A stretch of 64,000 nt of DNA from an uncultured virus (IMG/VR IMGVR_UViG_3300037091_000258) (IMGVR_UViG_3300037091_000258); one strand, 5' to 3'. Positions 8,318 through 17,704 are shown, counted from the first letter of the stretch. Program-made: numbers and translations. Notes: generated by a model not told the origin, from the letters alone.

Positions 8318-10258
8318 ATGGCCCTAAATACTTTCACAGGTGTAGGTAACTGGGAGAACGCGTCTAACTGGAGCTTGGGTGTACCAGCTGCCGGGCAATC
8401 AATTAAGATAAGCGGTAGTTGTACTATAAATGAATTTGAAACACTAGGCTATACAGACCTAACTGTAGATACAGGTGCTTTATTATTATCCTCTAACACA
8501 GGTACTACTCTTTTAGAAGTTAATGGCTCTGTAGTTTTAAATGGACAAATTGGCAAGATAAACGACCAACAACTCCAGTTAGTAATTGCAAATACTTCCA
8601 GTGCTACATTAAGTAGCACAAACAACATTCTCAATAACATTTCTCTAACAGCCGCCGGAACGACATTAAACTTGGCCAGTAATATTGTTGTTGCTAGCTT
8701 GGTGTTGATGAATGGGATTTTAGACGTTACTCCCGCTAATTATCAAATTACTACATCATATTTTGAAATATATCCAGGTACTTCCTTTAACCCCCAAAAT
8801 GGTACAATAGTATTTGTAGGCAACGCTAGTCTAATAGTTAGTACTTCTTCAAATTTATCGTTTTGGAATTTGACCGTAGCTCCGCTGAGTAATCTAACAA
8901 TATATGGTGATGATACGCCGCTAATAGGCAATACGCTAAATCACGCTGAAGAAATTATTTATAAAAGTGTTTTCGCAAGTTGGGCCAATCAGATTTGGTA
9001 TCAGAATTTCAATCGCGCTCATTTAACTCTTACTTCAAATTTTTTAGATAGAAGAACATATGACAATACTTTTACAACGCAATTAATTATAGATAGCTCT
9101 TTCATTAACAGCAACATACAAATAGATGGCAACAACATATTTAGCCGATCTGACCACGCTTTAACAGGCTCGTTTGCCAATACATTTACAACAGATAGTA
9201 CCGACACGTTTAATAGAACAAACCTGATAATAACTGAGTCTTATTTAGATTTAGTAGACAAGAGAACATATACAAATACTTTCAATACGACTAGCCTTAA
9301 TATTGCAACTTCTTACAACGAGAGCGGTACAACTGATAATACAAATAATTTCGACGCAGCTAATCTTAGTATAGCTGCATCATTTACAGACAGCAACACG
9401 ACCAACAGCGTAGATGTTATCAATGGTAATAGTTTCATAGCTGTATCATTTACAGACAGCAACACGACCAGCAGCATGGACGTTATTAACGCGTCTTTAG
9501 TGGCTAGTGCGTCTTTTGTCAATTCTTATACAGTCGTTTATACCAACATATTTAATACAGCGCAAGGTGTATTAACTGGATCTTATTTGGATCGAAGAAC
9601 ATACACTAATAGTTTTGATACCGCATTACTTTCCCTAGCTGGATCTTTTGTCAATAGCAACATAACAAGGAGCAACAATAATTTCTTGGCTAGTTCAAAC
9701 TTAGTAGCGATTGATTCGTTTGCTGTAGTCAACATAACAAGTTCAGCCGACATATTTAACAGAGCTAATTTGATTGTGACTGACTCTTTTACAAATAACA
9801 ACTCTAGAACATACACTAATACTTTCAATCATACTAATTTAGTTGTAGCGTCTAACACTTTCCATATTGATGAGCCTGTGAGAAACTATACTAATACCTT
9901 CAATCCTGCCACTTTAACAATTACAGGAACTCTTTTAGACATTTATCATAGAGTTAGTGTATATGTTTTCATAAGTGGTAGTTTCACAGATAGCAACGCA
10001 ACTAACAACATAGACGCATTCAATACAACTGATTTAGTAATTGGTAGTTCTTTCGTAAAAGTATATACTTCTAATCCGACGTCTTCAACTAATACTAATA
10101 CCTTTAACGCAGTGGATCTAACAATGACTGGTGTATTCACAAATGGCACCAAGATAAACTGGACTGATACTTTTGACCCATCCAATACTGTAGTTAGTAG
10201 TTCGTTTGTTAACAGCTACTCAACAGATTGGTTAGACGACTTTGACAGCTTATCATGA
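8318..10258 (+). CDS. repeat-rich virion fibre/adhesin-like protein
   Basis: GNWENASNWSLGVP start typical of beta-helix adhesins; C-terminal half made of about 22-aa TNTFN...SF.DS repeats. Confidence 0.7.
   Translation: MALNTFTGVGNWENASNWSLGVPAAGQSIKISGSCTINEFETLGYTDLTVDTGALLLSSNTGTTLLEVNGSVVLNGQIGKINDQQLQLVIANTSSATLSSTNNILNNISLTAAGTTLNLASNIVVASLVLMNGILDVTPANYQITTSYFEIYPGTSFNPQNGTIVFVGNASLIVSTSSNLSFWNLTVAPLSNLTIYGDDTPLIGNTLNHAEEIIYKSVFASWANQIWYQNFNRAHLTLTSNFLDRRTYDNTFTTQLIIDSSFINSNIQIDGNNIFSRSDHALTGSFANTFTTDSTDTFNRTNLIITESYLDLVDKRTYTNTFNTTSLNIATSYNESGTTDNTNNFDAANLSIAASFTDSNTTNSVDVINGNSFIAVSFTDSNTTSSMDVINASLVASASFVNSYTVVYTNIFNTAQGVLTGSYLDRRTYTNSFDTALLSLAGSFVNSNITRSNNNFLASSNLVAIDSFAVVNITSSADIFNRANLIVTDSFTNNNSRTYTNTFNHTNLVVASNTFHIDEPVRNYTNTFNPATLTITGTLLDIYHRVSVYVFISGSFTDSNATNNIDAFNTTDLVIGSSFVKVYTSNPTSSTNTNTFNAVDLTMTGVFTNGTKINWTDTFDPSNTVVSSSFVNSYSTDWLDDFDSLS
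9000..10250 (+). repeat. degenerate coding tandem repeat, about 66-nt unit
   Basis: near-identical copies at 9371-9423 and 9437-9489; recurring RTYTNTFN. Confidence 0.75.
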
Positions 10259-10611
10259 AATTAAGTAGAGTTCTTAAAGAAGCATTAGAACAAGAAATTC
10301 GAAAAGGCCATATTGCATTAGCGCCCTTTCCATATTCAGACAGAGATGAATCTAAAGTTCGACCCTGTTTAGTGTTAGCCAAGAAAGGTGATGATATTCT
10401 GTGTGCTTATATGAGCAGTAAGCTGGAGCGCGAAGGTGTTCTAATAAAGTCGGTAGATTTGAGCTGGAGTGAATTGAAAGATCCAACTGCATTGATTCGA
10501 CCAGACAAACTTGCTACTATAGACGTAAAACGAATAGAAAAAATAGTAGGCCACCTAATAGAGCCTAAACGAAAAGAAGTGGTCAACCGCATAAACAATC
10601 TAATACAATGA
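10255..10611 (+). CDS. mazF: PemK/MazF-family endoribonuclease with N-terminal propeptide-like extension
   Basis: KGHIALAPFPYSD...KVRPCLVLA...IRPDKLATID..RIEKIVGHL; no antitoxin adjacent. Confidence 0.85.
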   Translation: MKLSRVLKEALEQEIRKGHIALAPFPYSDRDESKVRPCLVLAKKGDDILCAYMSSKLEREGVLIKSVDLSWSELKDPTALIRPDKLATIDVKRIEKIVGHLIEPKRKEVVNRINNLIQ

Positions 10612-10949
10612 AAGAGCCTGAAAAAATACTTGGTGGACTTTATTTGAGTACGTGGTTTAACACGGAAGGGCTCTTCGTCTGTGTGAAAATAAATCAATAC
10701 AAAGGAATAGCTAGTGTTAGCTTTCAATACACGAAAACAAAAAAACCTGATTCTGTGGGCGGCTTCAAGCCAATCTGGCCACAAAGTTTAACAGACCATT
10801 TTAAAGCTATGAAATGGGCTCCGTCTTACCTTCCATCCGTTGGTATAGAGTGGGTCGATGTAGAGTTGGCCACTCCATCAAGCGCTAAAGATATCATAAA
10901 CAAAATTGATAAGAGAAATTTTATCATAGACCTTTTCAAATATGAATGA
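10608..10949 (+). CDS. hypothetical protein, C-terminal 'IF-helix' family
   Basis: ends KRNFIIDLFKYE. Confidence 0.65.
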   Translation: MKEPEKILGGLYLSTWFNTEGLFVCVKINQYKGIASVSFQYTKTKKPDSVGGFKPIWPQSLTDHFKAMKWAPSYLPSVGIEWVDVELATPSSAKDIINKIDKRNFIIDLFKYE

Positions 10950-10958
10950 AATAATAGG

Positions 10959-10993
10959 CAAGCCCACTAATCTTTAGATTGAGGATAGTTCAC
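10959..10993 (+). mobile_element. degenerate IS200/IS605 (tnpB) right-end remnant
   Basis: CAAGCCCAC-TAATCTTTAGATT-GAGGATAGTTCAC: hairpin with terminal TAGTTCAC resembling tnpB element right ends; no tnpA or tnpB nearby. Confidence 0.55.
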
Positions 10994-11001
10994 TACTAGC
11001 C

Positions 11002-11019
11002 TCGACAGTTCTATATACT
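11002..11019 (+). promoter_or_regulatory. putative early promoter TCGACA-N6-TATACT, leaderless
   Basis: same spacing as four other copies; ATG 7 nt downstream. Confidence 0.7.
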
Positions 11020-11026
11020 ATATTAA

Positions 11027-11524
11027 ATGGGCGATTCAAAACGCTTTGATTTATTTGCAGAGTATATTGCTCGCAACTTTCCTGTTTCAAAATATAAGCG
11101 TGTAGCTGATATTGCTGGTGGCCAAGGTTACCTACAGCAAGCTCTCCGTAAGTTAAGCTATGATGTCACTACGTTTGATAAGCGCCATAAACATGTTAAG
11201 AGCAACAAGATTCAATACAAGTTCAAGTATTTCGACTCTAGTATAAAGGACGACTATGATCTCTTAGTGGGAATGCATCCAGACGAAGCGACTGACATTA
11301 TCATAGCTGAAGCTATTAAAAGGAACATTCCCTTTGTAGTTGTCCCTTGCTGCATTAAACCAACTGTCACGACATTCAAAGGTCAACAGGACTACAAAGC
11401 ATGGGTCAATCATCTCAAGTTTTTTGCTATGCGACAAGGATATCACGTAGAGGAATACCAACTGAAAATGGCCGGAAAAAATATTCTTCTAAAAGGTTCG
11501 CCTAAATCTGCTTCACGGCGCTGA
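11027..11524 (+). CDS. class I SAM-dependent methyltransferase-like protein
   Basis: VADIAGGQG motif I; GMHPDEAT and VVPCC motifs. Confidence 0.8.
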   Translation: MGDSKRFDLFAEYIARNFPVSKYKRVADIAGGQGYLQQALRKLSYDVTTFDKRHKHVKSNKIQYKFKYFDSSIKDDYDLLVGMHPDEATDIIIAEAIKRNIPFVVVPCCIKPTVTTFKGQQDYKAWVNHLKFFAMRQGYHVEEYQLKMAGKNILLKGSPKSASRR

Positions 11525-11530
11525 GAAGTT

Positions 11531-11548
11531 TCGAACGCGGCATATATT
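11531..11548 (+). promoter_or_regulatory. putative early promoter variant TCGAAC-N6-TATATT
   Basis: same geometry as the TCGACA class, upstream of an AGGAGG RBS. Confidence 0.55.
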
Positions 11549-11587
11549 AAGGCAAAGAGATTCACCATCAACCAATAGGAGGTAAAG

Positions 11588-12019
11588 ATGGACGACACCA
11601 AGAAGAAGACGACTCCGGCTCCGGTTGCAGAGCAGACCGATTCAACTCCGGCTGCGGCCTCCGCCGCCCCTGTAGTCGCCGCCCCCAAGAAGGCATCCCC
11701 CGCAAAGAAGCCAGTCGGCACCAAGCCCACCCAGGGCACGAAGGGCACCAAGCCCACGAAGTCGACCGGTGACAAGCCGAAGGCCCCGAAGGCTCCCAAG
11801 GCCCCCGTGGCCCCGAAGACTCCCCGGGTGAAGAAGTCCGCCGAGGACAAGAGACTCGCTCGCCGGGCCAGGGCCAAGAACCGACGGGTCAAGGCGAAGG
11901 CTGCCAAGCTCCACATTTCCGAAGCCGAAGTCCTGAAGCGCATGGCCGAACGGAAGACCAATGCCGCGGCACGGAAGGCCGAGAAGGCCACCAAGATGGC
12001 CGCCAAGAAATCGGCCTAG
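11588..12019 (+). CDS. histone H1-like basic K/A/P-rich DNA-binding protein
   Basis: PKAPKAPKAP and KKA repeats; strong RBS; very GC-rich codons. Confidence 0.7.
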   Translation: MDDTKKKTTPAPVAEQTDSTPAAASAAPVVAAPKKASPAKKPVGTKPTQGTKGTKPTKSTGDKPKAPKAPKAPVAPKTPRVKKSAEDKRLARRARAKNRRVKAKAAKLHISEAEVLKRMAERKTNAAARKAEKATKMAAKKSA

Positions 12020-12035
12020 CTCCATCATCCTGATC

Positions 12036-12069
12036 ACTGAGGCTGCCTGGGTATTTCGGCAGCCTCAGT
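12036..12069 (+). other. 12-bp perfect hairpin (possible terminator or RNA stability element)
   Basis: ACTGAGGCTGCC-N10-GGCAGCCTCAGT; no U-tract. Confidence 0.6.
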
Positions 12070-12087
12070 CGCGTGTAAAGGGAAATA

Positions 12088-12267
12088 ATGGCTACCAAGG
12101 AAGAAGTCTTGGCAATGCTCAAGTGGAAACCAAATCCTGAGTACGTTTGCTTAGACTGTGGTAATACTTCTGATTTTCAAGCAATTCAGGCTGACTACGA
12201 TCTTCAGCTAGAATGTCTAACTTGTGGGAGTAAGAGAGTAACGGAAAAACAACAGCTTCGACAGTGA
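12088..12267 (+). CDS. small zinc-ribbon protein (not in ORF track)
   Basis: MATKEEVLAML...CLDCG...CLTCGSKRV, 59 aa. Confidence 0.7.
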   Translation: MATKEEVLAMLKWKPNPEYVCLDCGNTSDFQAIQADYDLQLECLTCGSKRVTEKQQLRQ

Positions 12268-12275
12268 TATATTAT
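12258..12275 (+). promoter_or_regulatory. putative early promoter TCGACA-N6-TATTAT
   Basis: conserved motif upstream of an AGGAGG RBS. Confidence 0.7.
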
Positions 12276-12297
12276 AAAGCATCAGGAGGAACCTGCA

Positions 12298-12873
12298 ATG
12301 GCTTTCGGTAGAAGAAGTCGGATAACTGGGGATGAGGCGGTAGTCGCCCAGTCCACCAGCAGCAAGCTTGGCGAGGAAATGCAGTGGTTCTATGATCAGG
12401 TCAGGACCTTCCGAGGCAAGGTGACCGATGAAGCTATTGCAAAGGTTGAGGCGGAAATCGAGGAAAGGCACATTTGCCACCTGGTCGATATCTGTACTCT
12501 CTTCGGCTGGGCAAAGGGAACTCACACAGAGCTTCGCAATAAACTGTCTCACCTGTCCTATGTAATACTCATGAACAATAACGGCCAGGCAGATACAGCA
12601 ACTATCCTCTTCTCCGCTATGAAGAGGGGTCTCAAGGATGACTACAAAGACCCAGTTGACTTGGTCCTATCCAAGAAAGAGAGCCGGAAGGCCAGGAAGC
12701 TCAGGAAGTCCCTCGAGAAAAACGACATTGACCTTGCCAAGAAACTCAGACTGCCCAAGACTGACGACGCCAAGGCGGCTTCTAGGAAGAAGAGGCAGGA
12801 AATTCGGAAGGCTGCTAAGGCTGCTGGACTTTCTACAGCCGACTACAAAGCGAAGATAGAGAAGGCAAGCTAA
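12298..12873 (+). CDS. hypothetical protein with basic C-terminal tail
   Basis: 191 aa; AGGAGG RBS. Confidence 0.75.
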   Translation: MAFGRRSRITGDEAVVAQSTSSKLGEEMQWFYDQVRTFRGKVTDEAIAKVEAEIEERHICHLVDICTLFGWAKGTHTELRNKLSHLSYVILMNNNGQADTATILFSAMKRGLKDDYKDPVDLVLSKKESRKARKLRKSLEKNDIDLAKKLRLPKTDDAKAASRKKRQEIRKAAKAAGLSTADYKAKIEKAS

Positions 12874-12875
12874 AA

Positions 12876-13112
12876 ATGATCTGGTTCATTCTAACCATAT
12901 TTCTCACCTGGTGGCTGATCGGATTCACCGGAATTGCTTTTTGGTGGATGGGAGAATTCGGCGACCTCGAAGGATATGTCAACATGTCAATCGCGTTCGG
13001 ATTGATAACTGGCATATTCTCTTGGCTCATTGGTATTTTCATTCACGAGCCGTGGAACTGGTATCATCCGTGGAGGTATGATCACCGTAAGCCGTTCTGG
13101 ATAAATGACTGA
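12876..13112 (+). CDS. small membrane protein
   Basis: two hydrophobic segments. Confidence 0.65.
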   Translation: MIWFILTIFLTWWLIGFTGIAFWWMGEFGDLEGYVNMSIAFGLITGIFSWLIGIFIHEPWNWYHPWRYDHRKPFWIND

Positions 13113-13123
13113 ATACATTTACG

Positions 13124-13891
13124 GTGAAGCTCTGCCTACTTCAAGCCAAAGCTAGACTTCTACGAAAAAGGAATGAGTCAATGATCGAACGAACCATTGA
13201 ATATATCCAAGACGACGAGAAGGCAACACTTCATATCATCGAGCGGCTCGCCGAATACTACGACGACGACAAAAAACATCTGAAAGAAATCAGTCTCATA
13301 GTAGACAATCAATTCAGTGGCGATCATAGAGGCTATTGGCCAAACGGCTCTATCAAGTTCCGGCATCATTACACTCACGGCGTCTTTCATGGGGCCTACT
13401 ATGAATACGACGAGAACGGCAAAATCATTACACGACTTTTCTATTGTAATGGCGAACTGTCTAATTCGCCGAATGCAAACAAGCCTATCACAATCAAAAC
13501 TATCAACCAGTATGGCCTTCAGGAAATGTTGGAATGGCTCAAGCACGCCAAGAAGCCATTCGACTATTTGCCTGGAGGTTTCAAGGTTCACACCAACTCC
13601 AATCGGCTAAAGCTTTTCCGCCAAACTCAAACATGCGTAGCCTGTGGAATCAGAGGTGATCACTTCCAACTCAATTGGACAAAGAACGACGTCATTCCTC
13701 ACTTGAATATGTACGCTACCAAAAACGGAGCCTCTATTCTGATGACAAGAGATCATATCGAACCGAAGTCATTAGGTGGCGGTAACGGTTTGGCTAACTC
13801 TCAAGTCATGTGCTGCCATTGTAATAGTAAGAAGGGGAACAAAAGAGATCACGAGCTAGCTCAGGGTTTTTGGAAAGTAAAAGCAAGTTAA
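13124..13891 (+). CDS. HNH endonuclease with MORN-variant repeats
   Basis: YWPNGSIK...HG.Y.EYDENGK repeats; CVACG...MTRDHIEPKSLGG...N.QVMCCHCNSKKG. Confidence 0.8.
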   Translation: MKLCLLQAKARLLRKRNESMIERTIEYIQDDEKATLHIIERLAEYYDDDKKHLKEISLIVDNQFSGDHRGYWPNGSIKFRHHYTHGVFHGAYYEYDENGKIITRLFYCNGELSNSPNANKPITIKTINQYGLQEMLEWLKHAKKPFDYLPGGFKVHTNSNRLKLFRQTQTCVACGIRGDHFQLNWTKNDVIPHLNMYATKNGASILMTRDHIEPKSLGGGNGLANSQVMCCHCNSKKGNKRDHELAQGFWKVKAS

Positions 13892-13929
13892 TAATAAATG
13901 AGACATAAAAAAATGTCAAGGAGAATTTC

Positions 13930-14919
13930 ATGAGTTTGGGTTTTACAATTGCAATTGTTCTTTGGTTTCTTGCCTTTGGTTTTATAGGCTATCTAATCGG
14001 TAATTCAAAAAAGCAACCGATCCTTGGTCTTGTGTTGGGTTTTCTTTTGGGGCCGATTGGGATTGCTATCATTCTGCTTCTTAAATCAAAAGCGGCGCCT
14101 ACTACAAGCGGAGGCAAGGCTACGCTTGAATTTACTCATAACGTTTCACCAACAAGTATCAAGACAGCAGCAAGAACGCTAGCAGCACCAGCGAAAGTAG
14201 CTGCCGAATCTGTTGCTGTAATAGATCCGAATAGCGGAATGAATATTGTCAATAATGATTTTCAAGCTGCGTATGATGCTCTGGATCAATATATGACAAC
14301 AAATCAAACGGCCACTGTCGAATATCTTACGCCCTCAGAGTTTACAATCAAGACCTATGGAATAGACTTCTATGGCTCAGCTGGTAATAGCATTTTATTT
14401 GGAAATACTGATCAATCAATTGATTTTATTGATGCCCCAACATCTATTACATCAGATATAAAATCCGACACTTATATTTGCTTTGAATTTGATTTAACCC
14501 AAGGAGGAGAAATTAAATTTGGTGGAAGTAACATTGTCACTACTTTTAAAGACCTCCTTTCAAATTTCATAAATAGCGATTTGTTTGCTGTTATTGGTTA
14601 CACTTCATGGCCGACAGATGATCCATATCTTGTACCAGATAATATCACAACTTTCGCTTGGGCAAGCGATACGACACCACTTAGCTATCATAGACCAAGC
14701 GATCCGAATGGACATCTACCATTACTTCTTGGTAACAACAATAGTTTCCCACTTCCAATTGATGCTGTAGCAAACAACTATACACTGACACTTAATTGGG
14801 ATCTCGCCAATATCATTGCGCACTATAACATTAACGCAAAGGATTATTATATTTTGAACAAAGATTTCATGGATAGGATGACTGTCACAGTTTTAGCAAC
14901 TGCGATAGCGGCACAATGA
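13930..14919 (+). CDS. membrane-anchored protein
   Basis: N-terminal two-TM element (G..LGFLLGPIG) followed by a soluble domain. Confidence 0.7.
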   Translation: MSLGFTIAIVLWFLAFGFIGYLIGNSKKQPILGLVLGFLLGPIGIAIILLLKSKAAPTTSGGKATLEFTHNVSPTSIKTAARTLAAPAKVAAESVAVIDPNSGMNIVNNDFQAAYDALDQYMTTNQTATVEYLTPSEFTIKTYGIDFYGSAGNSILFGNTDQSIDFIDAPTSITSDIKSDTYICFEFDLTQGGEIKFGGSNIVTTFKDLLSNFINSDLFAVIGYTSWPTDDPYLVPDNITTFAWASDTTPLSYHRPSDPNGHLPLLLGNNNSFPLPIDAVANNYTLTLNWDLANIIAHYNINAKDYYILNKDFMDRMTVTVLATAIAAQ

Positions 14920-15287
14920 GTAAAAAAGAACCAAAAGACCCAGTGAAATGGAATGGCTTCAATTACATGGAGCTGAAAGATTATGTGGGGCCGGAAGTCC
15001 GGCTCCATCCTTTTCTTTACGGAGATAAAATAGATCTTGACAAAGTAGTCATTGAAGGTTTCATCGTCGAGCTTCACAACATAATTACAAAGACTGTTAC
15101 ACAGGATAATGGAGAGGCTATCTCTCCACCAACTGAATTGGAACTTAAAAAAGTCACAGTCTCGAAAAAGAAGGGTGTGAACCGAAGAGTAGAAATTGAA
15201 TTTGCTCTTCCCGTTCAATCATACAAGCAGCATACGGTAGAAGAAGAGGCTTTAGATGACGACGACGGCGACCCATGCTCGATATAA
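14916..15287 (+). CDS. hypothetical protein
   Basis: 123 aa; ATGA overlap. Confidence 0.6.
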   Translation: MSKKEPKDPVKWNGFNYMELKDYVGPEVRLHPFLYGDKIDLDKVVIEGFIVELHNIITKTVTQDNGEAISPPTELELKKVTVSKKKGVNRRVEIEFALPVQSYKQHTVEEEALDDDDGDPCSI

Positions 15288-16113
15288 TCTTTACAGGCAA
15301 TTGCACATCTCAAGAAAGAAGGGTGTTCGTCTAGGTCAAGAAGCACTAGACATTTGTACCAATGGGTACTACATGGCACCTTCTGGCAACGAAGTTGATT
15401 TCACTTCCTTGCTTCTTCACGCTATGGAAGCGACATTATCCTATCCGGAAGACCTAGAACTCTTACCGCCAAAGAATAACGGATTCACTACTACCTATGA
15501 AGTCCGCAACGAAACTACTCTCGCTGCAACCCGTAGATTAAACACTAAAGGCTTTCATCCAGTCGCTTTGAATATGGCATCAGCACACCGACCAGGAGGC
15601 GGCTTCCTTTCTGGAGCCGCCGCCCAAGAAGAATACTTGTGTCGGTCTTCCGCTCTTTATCCATGTCTTCTGGATAACCCAATGTATTCTTTGCCACGCG
15701 ATCCATTCGCTACTGATTATACAATTTATTCTCCCGACGTTCCTATATTTAGGAACGATGAGGGAAGGCTGTTGGAAGCAGTAGAGCTTTATTCTGTCCT
15801 CACATGTGCTGCGGTCCACGCAAGAGTCATTGGCAGAGACATGCCAGAAAGAGTTTCTGAAATCAAGCCCGTTATGGAAAAGCGTATCAAAAGACTTCTC
15901 AACATCGCAGCTATCCAAAACCATAACTCTCTAGTTCTCGGAGCTTGGGGATGTGGCGTTTTTGAAAATAGCGGAGAGCTGATTGCTTCTCTTTTCAAGA
16001 AAGCTCTCAGGCACGAATTTAAGGGCGTCTTCAGTAAGGTAGTCTTTGCTATTGCTGATTGGTCTATAGAACAGAAATTCATCGAGCCATTTATCAAAGC
16101 TTTTGCAAAATGA
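15256..16113 (+). CDS. bacterial-type poly(ADP-ribose) glycohydrolase / TIGR02452 macrodomain protein
   Basis: LNMASAHRPGGGFLSGAAAQEEYLCRSS; YSPDVPIFR; LVLGAWGCGVF. Confidence 0.9.
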   Translation: MTTTATHARYNLYRQLHISRKKGVRLGQEALDICTNGYYMAPSGNEVDFTSLLLHAMEATLSYPEDLELLPPKNNGFTTTYEVRNETTLAATRRLNTKGFHPVALNMASAHRPGGGFLSGAAAQEEYLCRSSALYPCLLDNPMYSLPRDPFATDYTIYSPDVPIFRNDEGRLLEAVELYSVLTCAAVHARVIGRDMPERVSEIKPVMEKRIKRLLNIAAIQNHNSLVLGAWGCGVFENSGELIASLFKKALRHEFKGVFSKVVFAIADWSIEQKFIEPFIKAFAK

Positions 16114-16577
16114 AAAAGCCTCTATTCCTTTTGCTATTTTTTAGTGTCGCCCAACTTTTCGCTGATCCCATTATCGGCTCTCGGCAACTGACAATCGATG
16201 TTGCTTATGCATACGTCCTAACTCACATGACTTATGTCAGCGACACTGAATTGTATAAGGTGCACGAGGGAAGCTATGCTCCCTCACAAGAAGAGGTAGT
16301 CGCTCACAACTTCAAAGGTGACTGTAAAGCCTATGCCGTTTTATTTGCATATATTGTCCATCGTATGTTGCCAGATGCAAAGATCGAATTCGTAGCTGTA
16401 TATCAAAAGCATCACACTATGGGACACATGGAAGTTGATGTAGATGGAACGCGATATTTCTGCGCCAAAGGCTACGCCATTGAAGTTCACAAGTGGAGCT
16501 ATGATGAATATATGAACATAGTCCACTCAACGCATGATTTAGAAGTACCTGAATCAGATCTAATTAAAATACAATAA
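16110..16577 (+). CDS. secreted transglutaminase-like cysteine protease
   Basis: signal peptide MKKPLFLLLFFSVAQLFA; GDCKAYA...GHM...D catalytic-like triad. Confidence 0.65.
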   Translation: MKKPLFLLLFFSVAQLFADPIIGSRQLTIDVAYAYVLTHMTYVSDTELYKVHEGSYAPSQEEVVAHNFKGDCKAYAVLFAYIVHRMLPDAKIEFVAVYQKHHTMGHMEVDVDGTRYFCAKGYAIEVHKWSYDEYMNIVHSTHDLEVPESDLIKIQ

Positions 16578-16580
16578 GCA

Positions 16581-16598
16581 TCGACAGTGATTTATTAT
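16581..16598 (+). promoter_or_regulatory. putative early promoter TCGACA-N6-TATTAT
   Basis: conserved motif upstream of a GGAGG RBS. Confidence 0.7.
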
Positions 16599-16615
16599 GT
16601 TCTTGTGGAGGACAC

Positions 16616-17017
16616 ATGAACCTTGAGATTCTTTCTGAAGACGTGAAAGAGTTTTGTCGAAGGGCTTCATCCAAGCAGGAGCTGGGAATGTCTTTCATCC
16701 AAGCAAACACAGAAGTCCTCAACGAGGTGCTCCCGAACTATGAAGCCTTTTGGCAGTTGGTCATCTTGGCCGTCATCTGCCGTCGCGGCGATTTTAGCGG
16801 CGACATTTTCATGGATTACTTCCTAGACCACACTGACCAGAAAATCCACAAATTTGTATGGCAAGAGTTGGCTATCAATCGTCAGAATGGACTTGGTATT
16901 GGCAAGATGCACTTGAGCCACAAAGAGTGGAATGAAGAAGTCAAAGAGCTCATGGACATCATGGCCCAGAAAGACAAACGGACCGCTACCACTTGGCCCC
17001 TGACTTCAGAGGCATAA
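16616..17017 (+). CDS. hypothetical protein
   Basis: 133 aa; GGAGG RBS. Confidence 0.7.
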   Translation: MNLEILSEDVKEFCRRASSKQELGMSFIQANTEVLNEVLPNYEAFWQLVILAVICRRGDFSGDIFMDYFLDHTDQKIHKFVWQELAINRQNGLGIGKMHLSHKEWNEEVKELMDIMAQKDKRTATTWPLTSEA

Positions 17018-17035
17018 AATTCCCAGGGAAAAGTT

Positions 17036-17053
17036 TCGACAGAATGGTATTAT
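17036..17053 (+). promoter_or_regulatory. putative early promoter TCGACA-N6-TATTAT
   Basis: conserved motif upstream of an AGGAGG RBS. Confidence 0.7.
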
Positions 17054-17076
17054 ATTCTATCAGGAGGAAGAAGGAA

Positions 17077-17676
17077 ATGGCGAAGAACTTCATGGATCAG
17101 GCAAAGGCAGCGGCTTCTACGGCAAAACCGGCCGCGAAGAAATCTTCAGTTCCGGTCATCACCGACGCCCCGGCCGATGTCACGGCGGCAGTCAAGGCCT
17201 ATGTCAAGGCAGTGGATTCCAAGAAGGAAGCCGAAGCCGAAATGGCCAACCAGTTCACGGTGGTCGATGAATTCGTCACCAAGGTCCAGGACGAGAAGGC
17301 TTTCAAGGGTTCCTTCTCCAAGTCCTACAAGGTTCAGCTTGACACCGGAGACACGGTTCTCTACTCCAGCCAGAATCGCTTCAAGATCAACCCTGAGGCC
17401 GAAGAGGACATCAAGGCTCTCCTCGGAGACAACTTCGGGGCTATGGTCCAGGAGAAGCTCACGGTCACGGTCAAGGAAGAGGTTTTCGAGGACGAGGCTC
17501 TGATGAAGGAGCTCGGCGAACTCCTCGGGGACAACTTCTCCAAGTTCTTCAACTCGAAGATGGAGCTCAAGGTCAAAGACAACTTCGACGAGAAGATCTT
17601 CGCAGTGGCCAAGACCGCCAAGAAGCTGGCCGAGGTCAGGACCTTCATCGAACCCTGGAAGCACACCCTCAAGTAG
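17077..17676 (+). CDS. hypothetical, probably highly expressed early protein
   Basis: start reassigned to the ATG after AGGAGGAAGAAGGA; strongly C/G-ending codons. Confidence 0.75.
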   Translation: MAKNFMDQAKAAASTAKPAAKKSSVPVITDAPADVTAAVKAYVKAVDSKKEAEAEMANQFTVVDEFVTKVQDEKAFKGSFSKSYKVQLDTGDTVLYSSQNRFKINPEAEEDIKALLGDNFGAMVQEKLTVTVKEEVFEDEALMKELGELLGDNFSKFFNSKMELKVKDNFDEKIFAVAKTAKKLAEVRTFIEPWKHTLK

Positions 17677-17704
17677 GGCATACTTCCTACCAGGACAATC
17701 CAAG

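Noticed and set aside
11443..12552. Long minus-strand ORFs over the GC-rich early genes (also 17146-17703 and 18915-19505)
   Set aside because: These are antisense shadows of codon-biased plus-strand genes; they lack RBSs and recognisable motifs.
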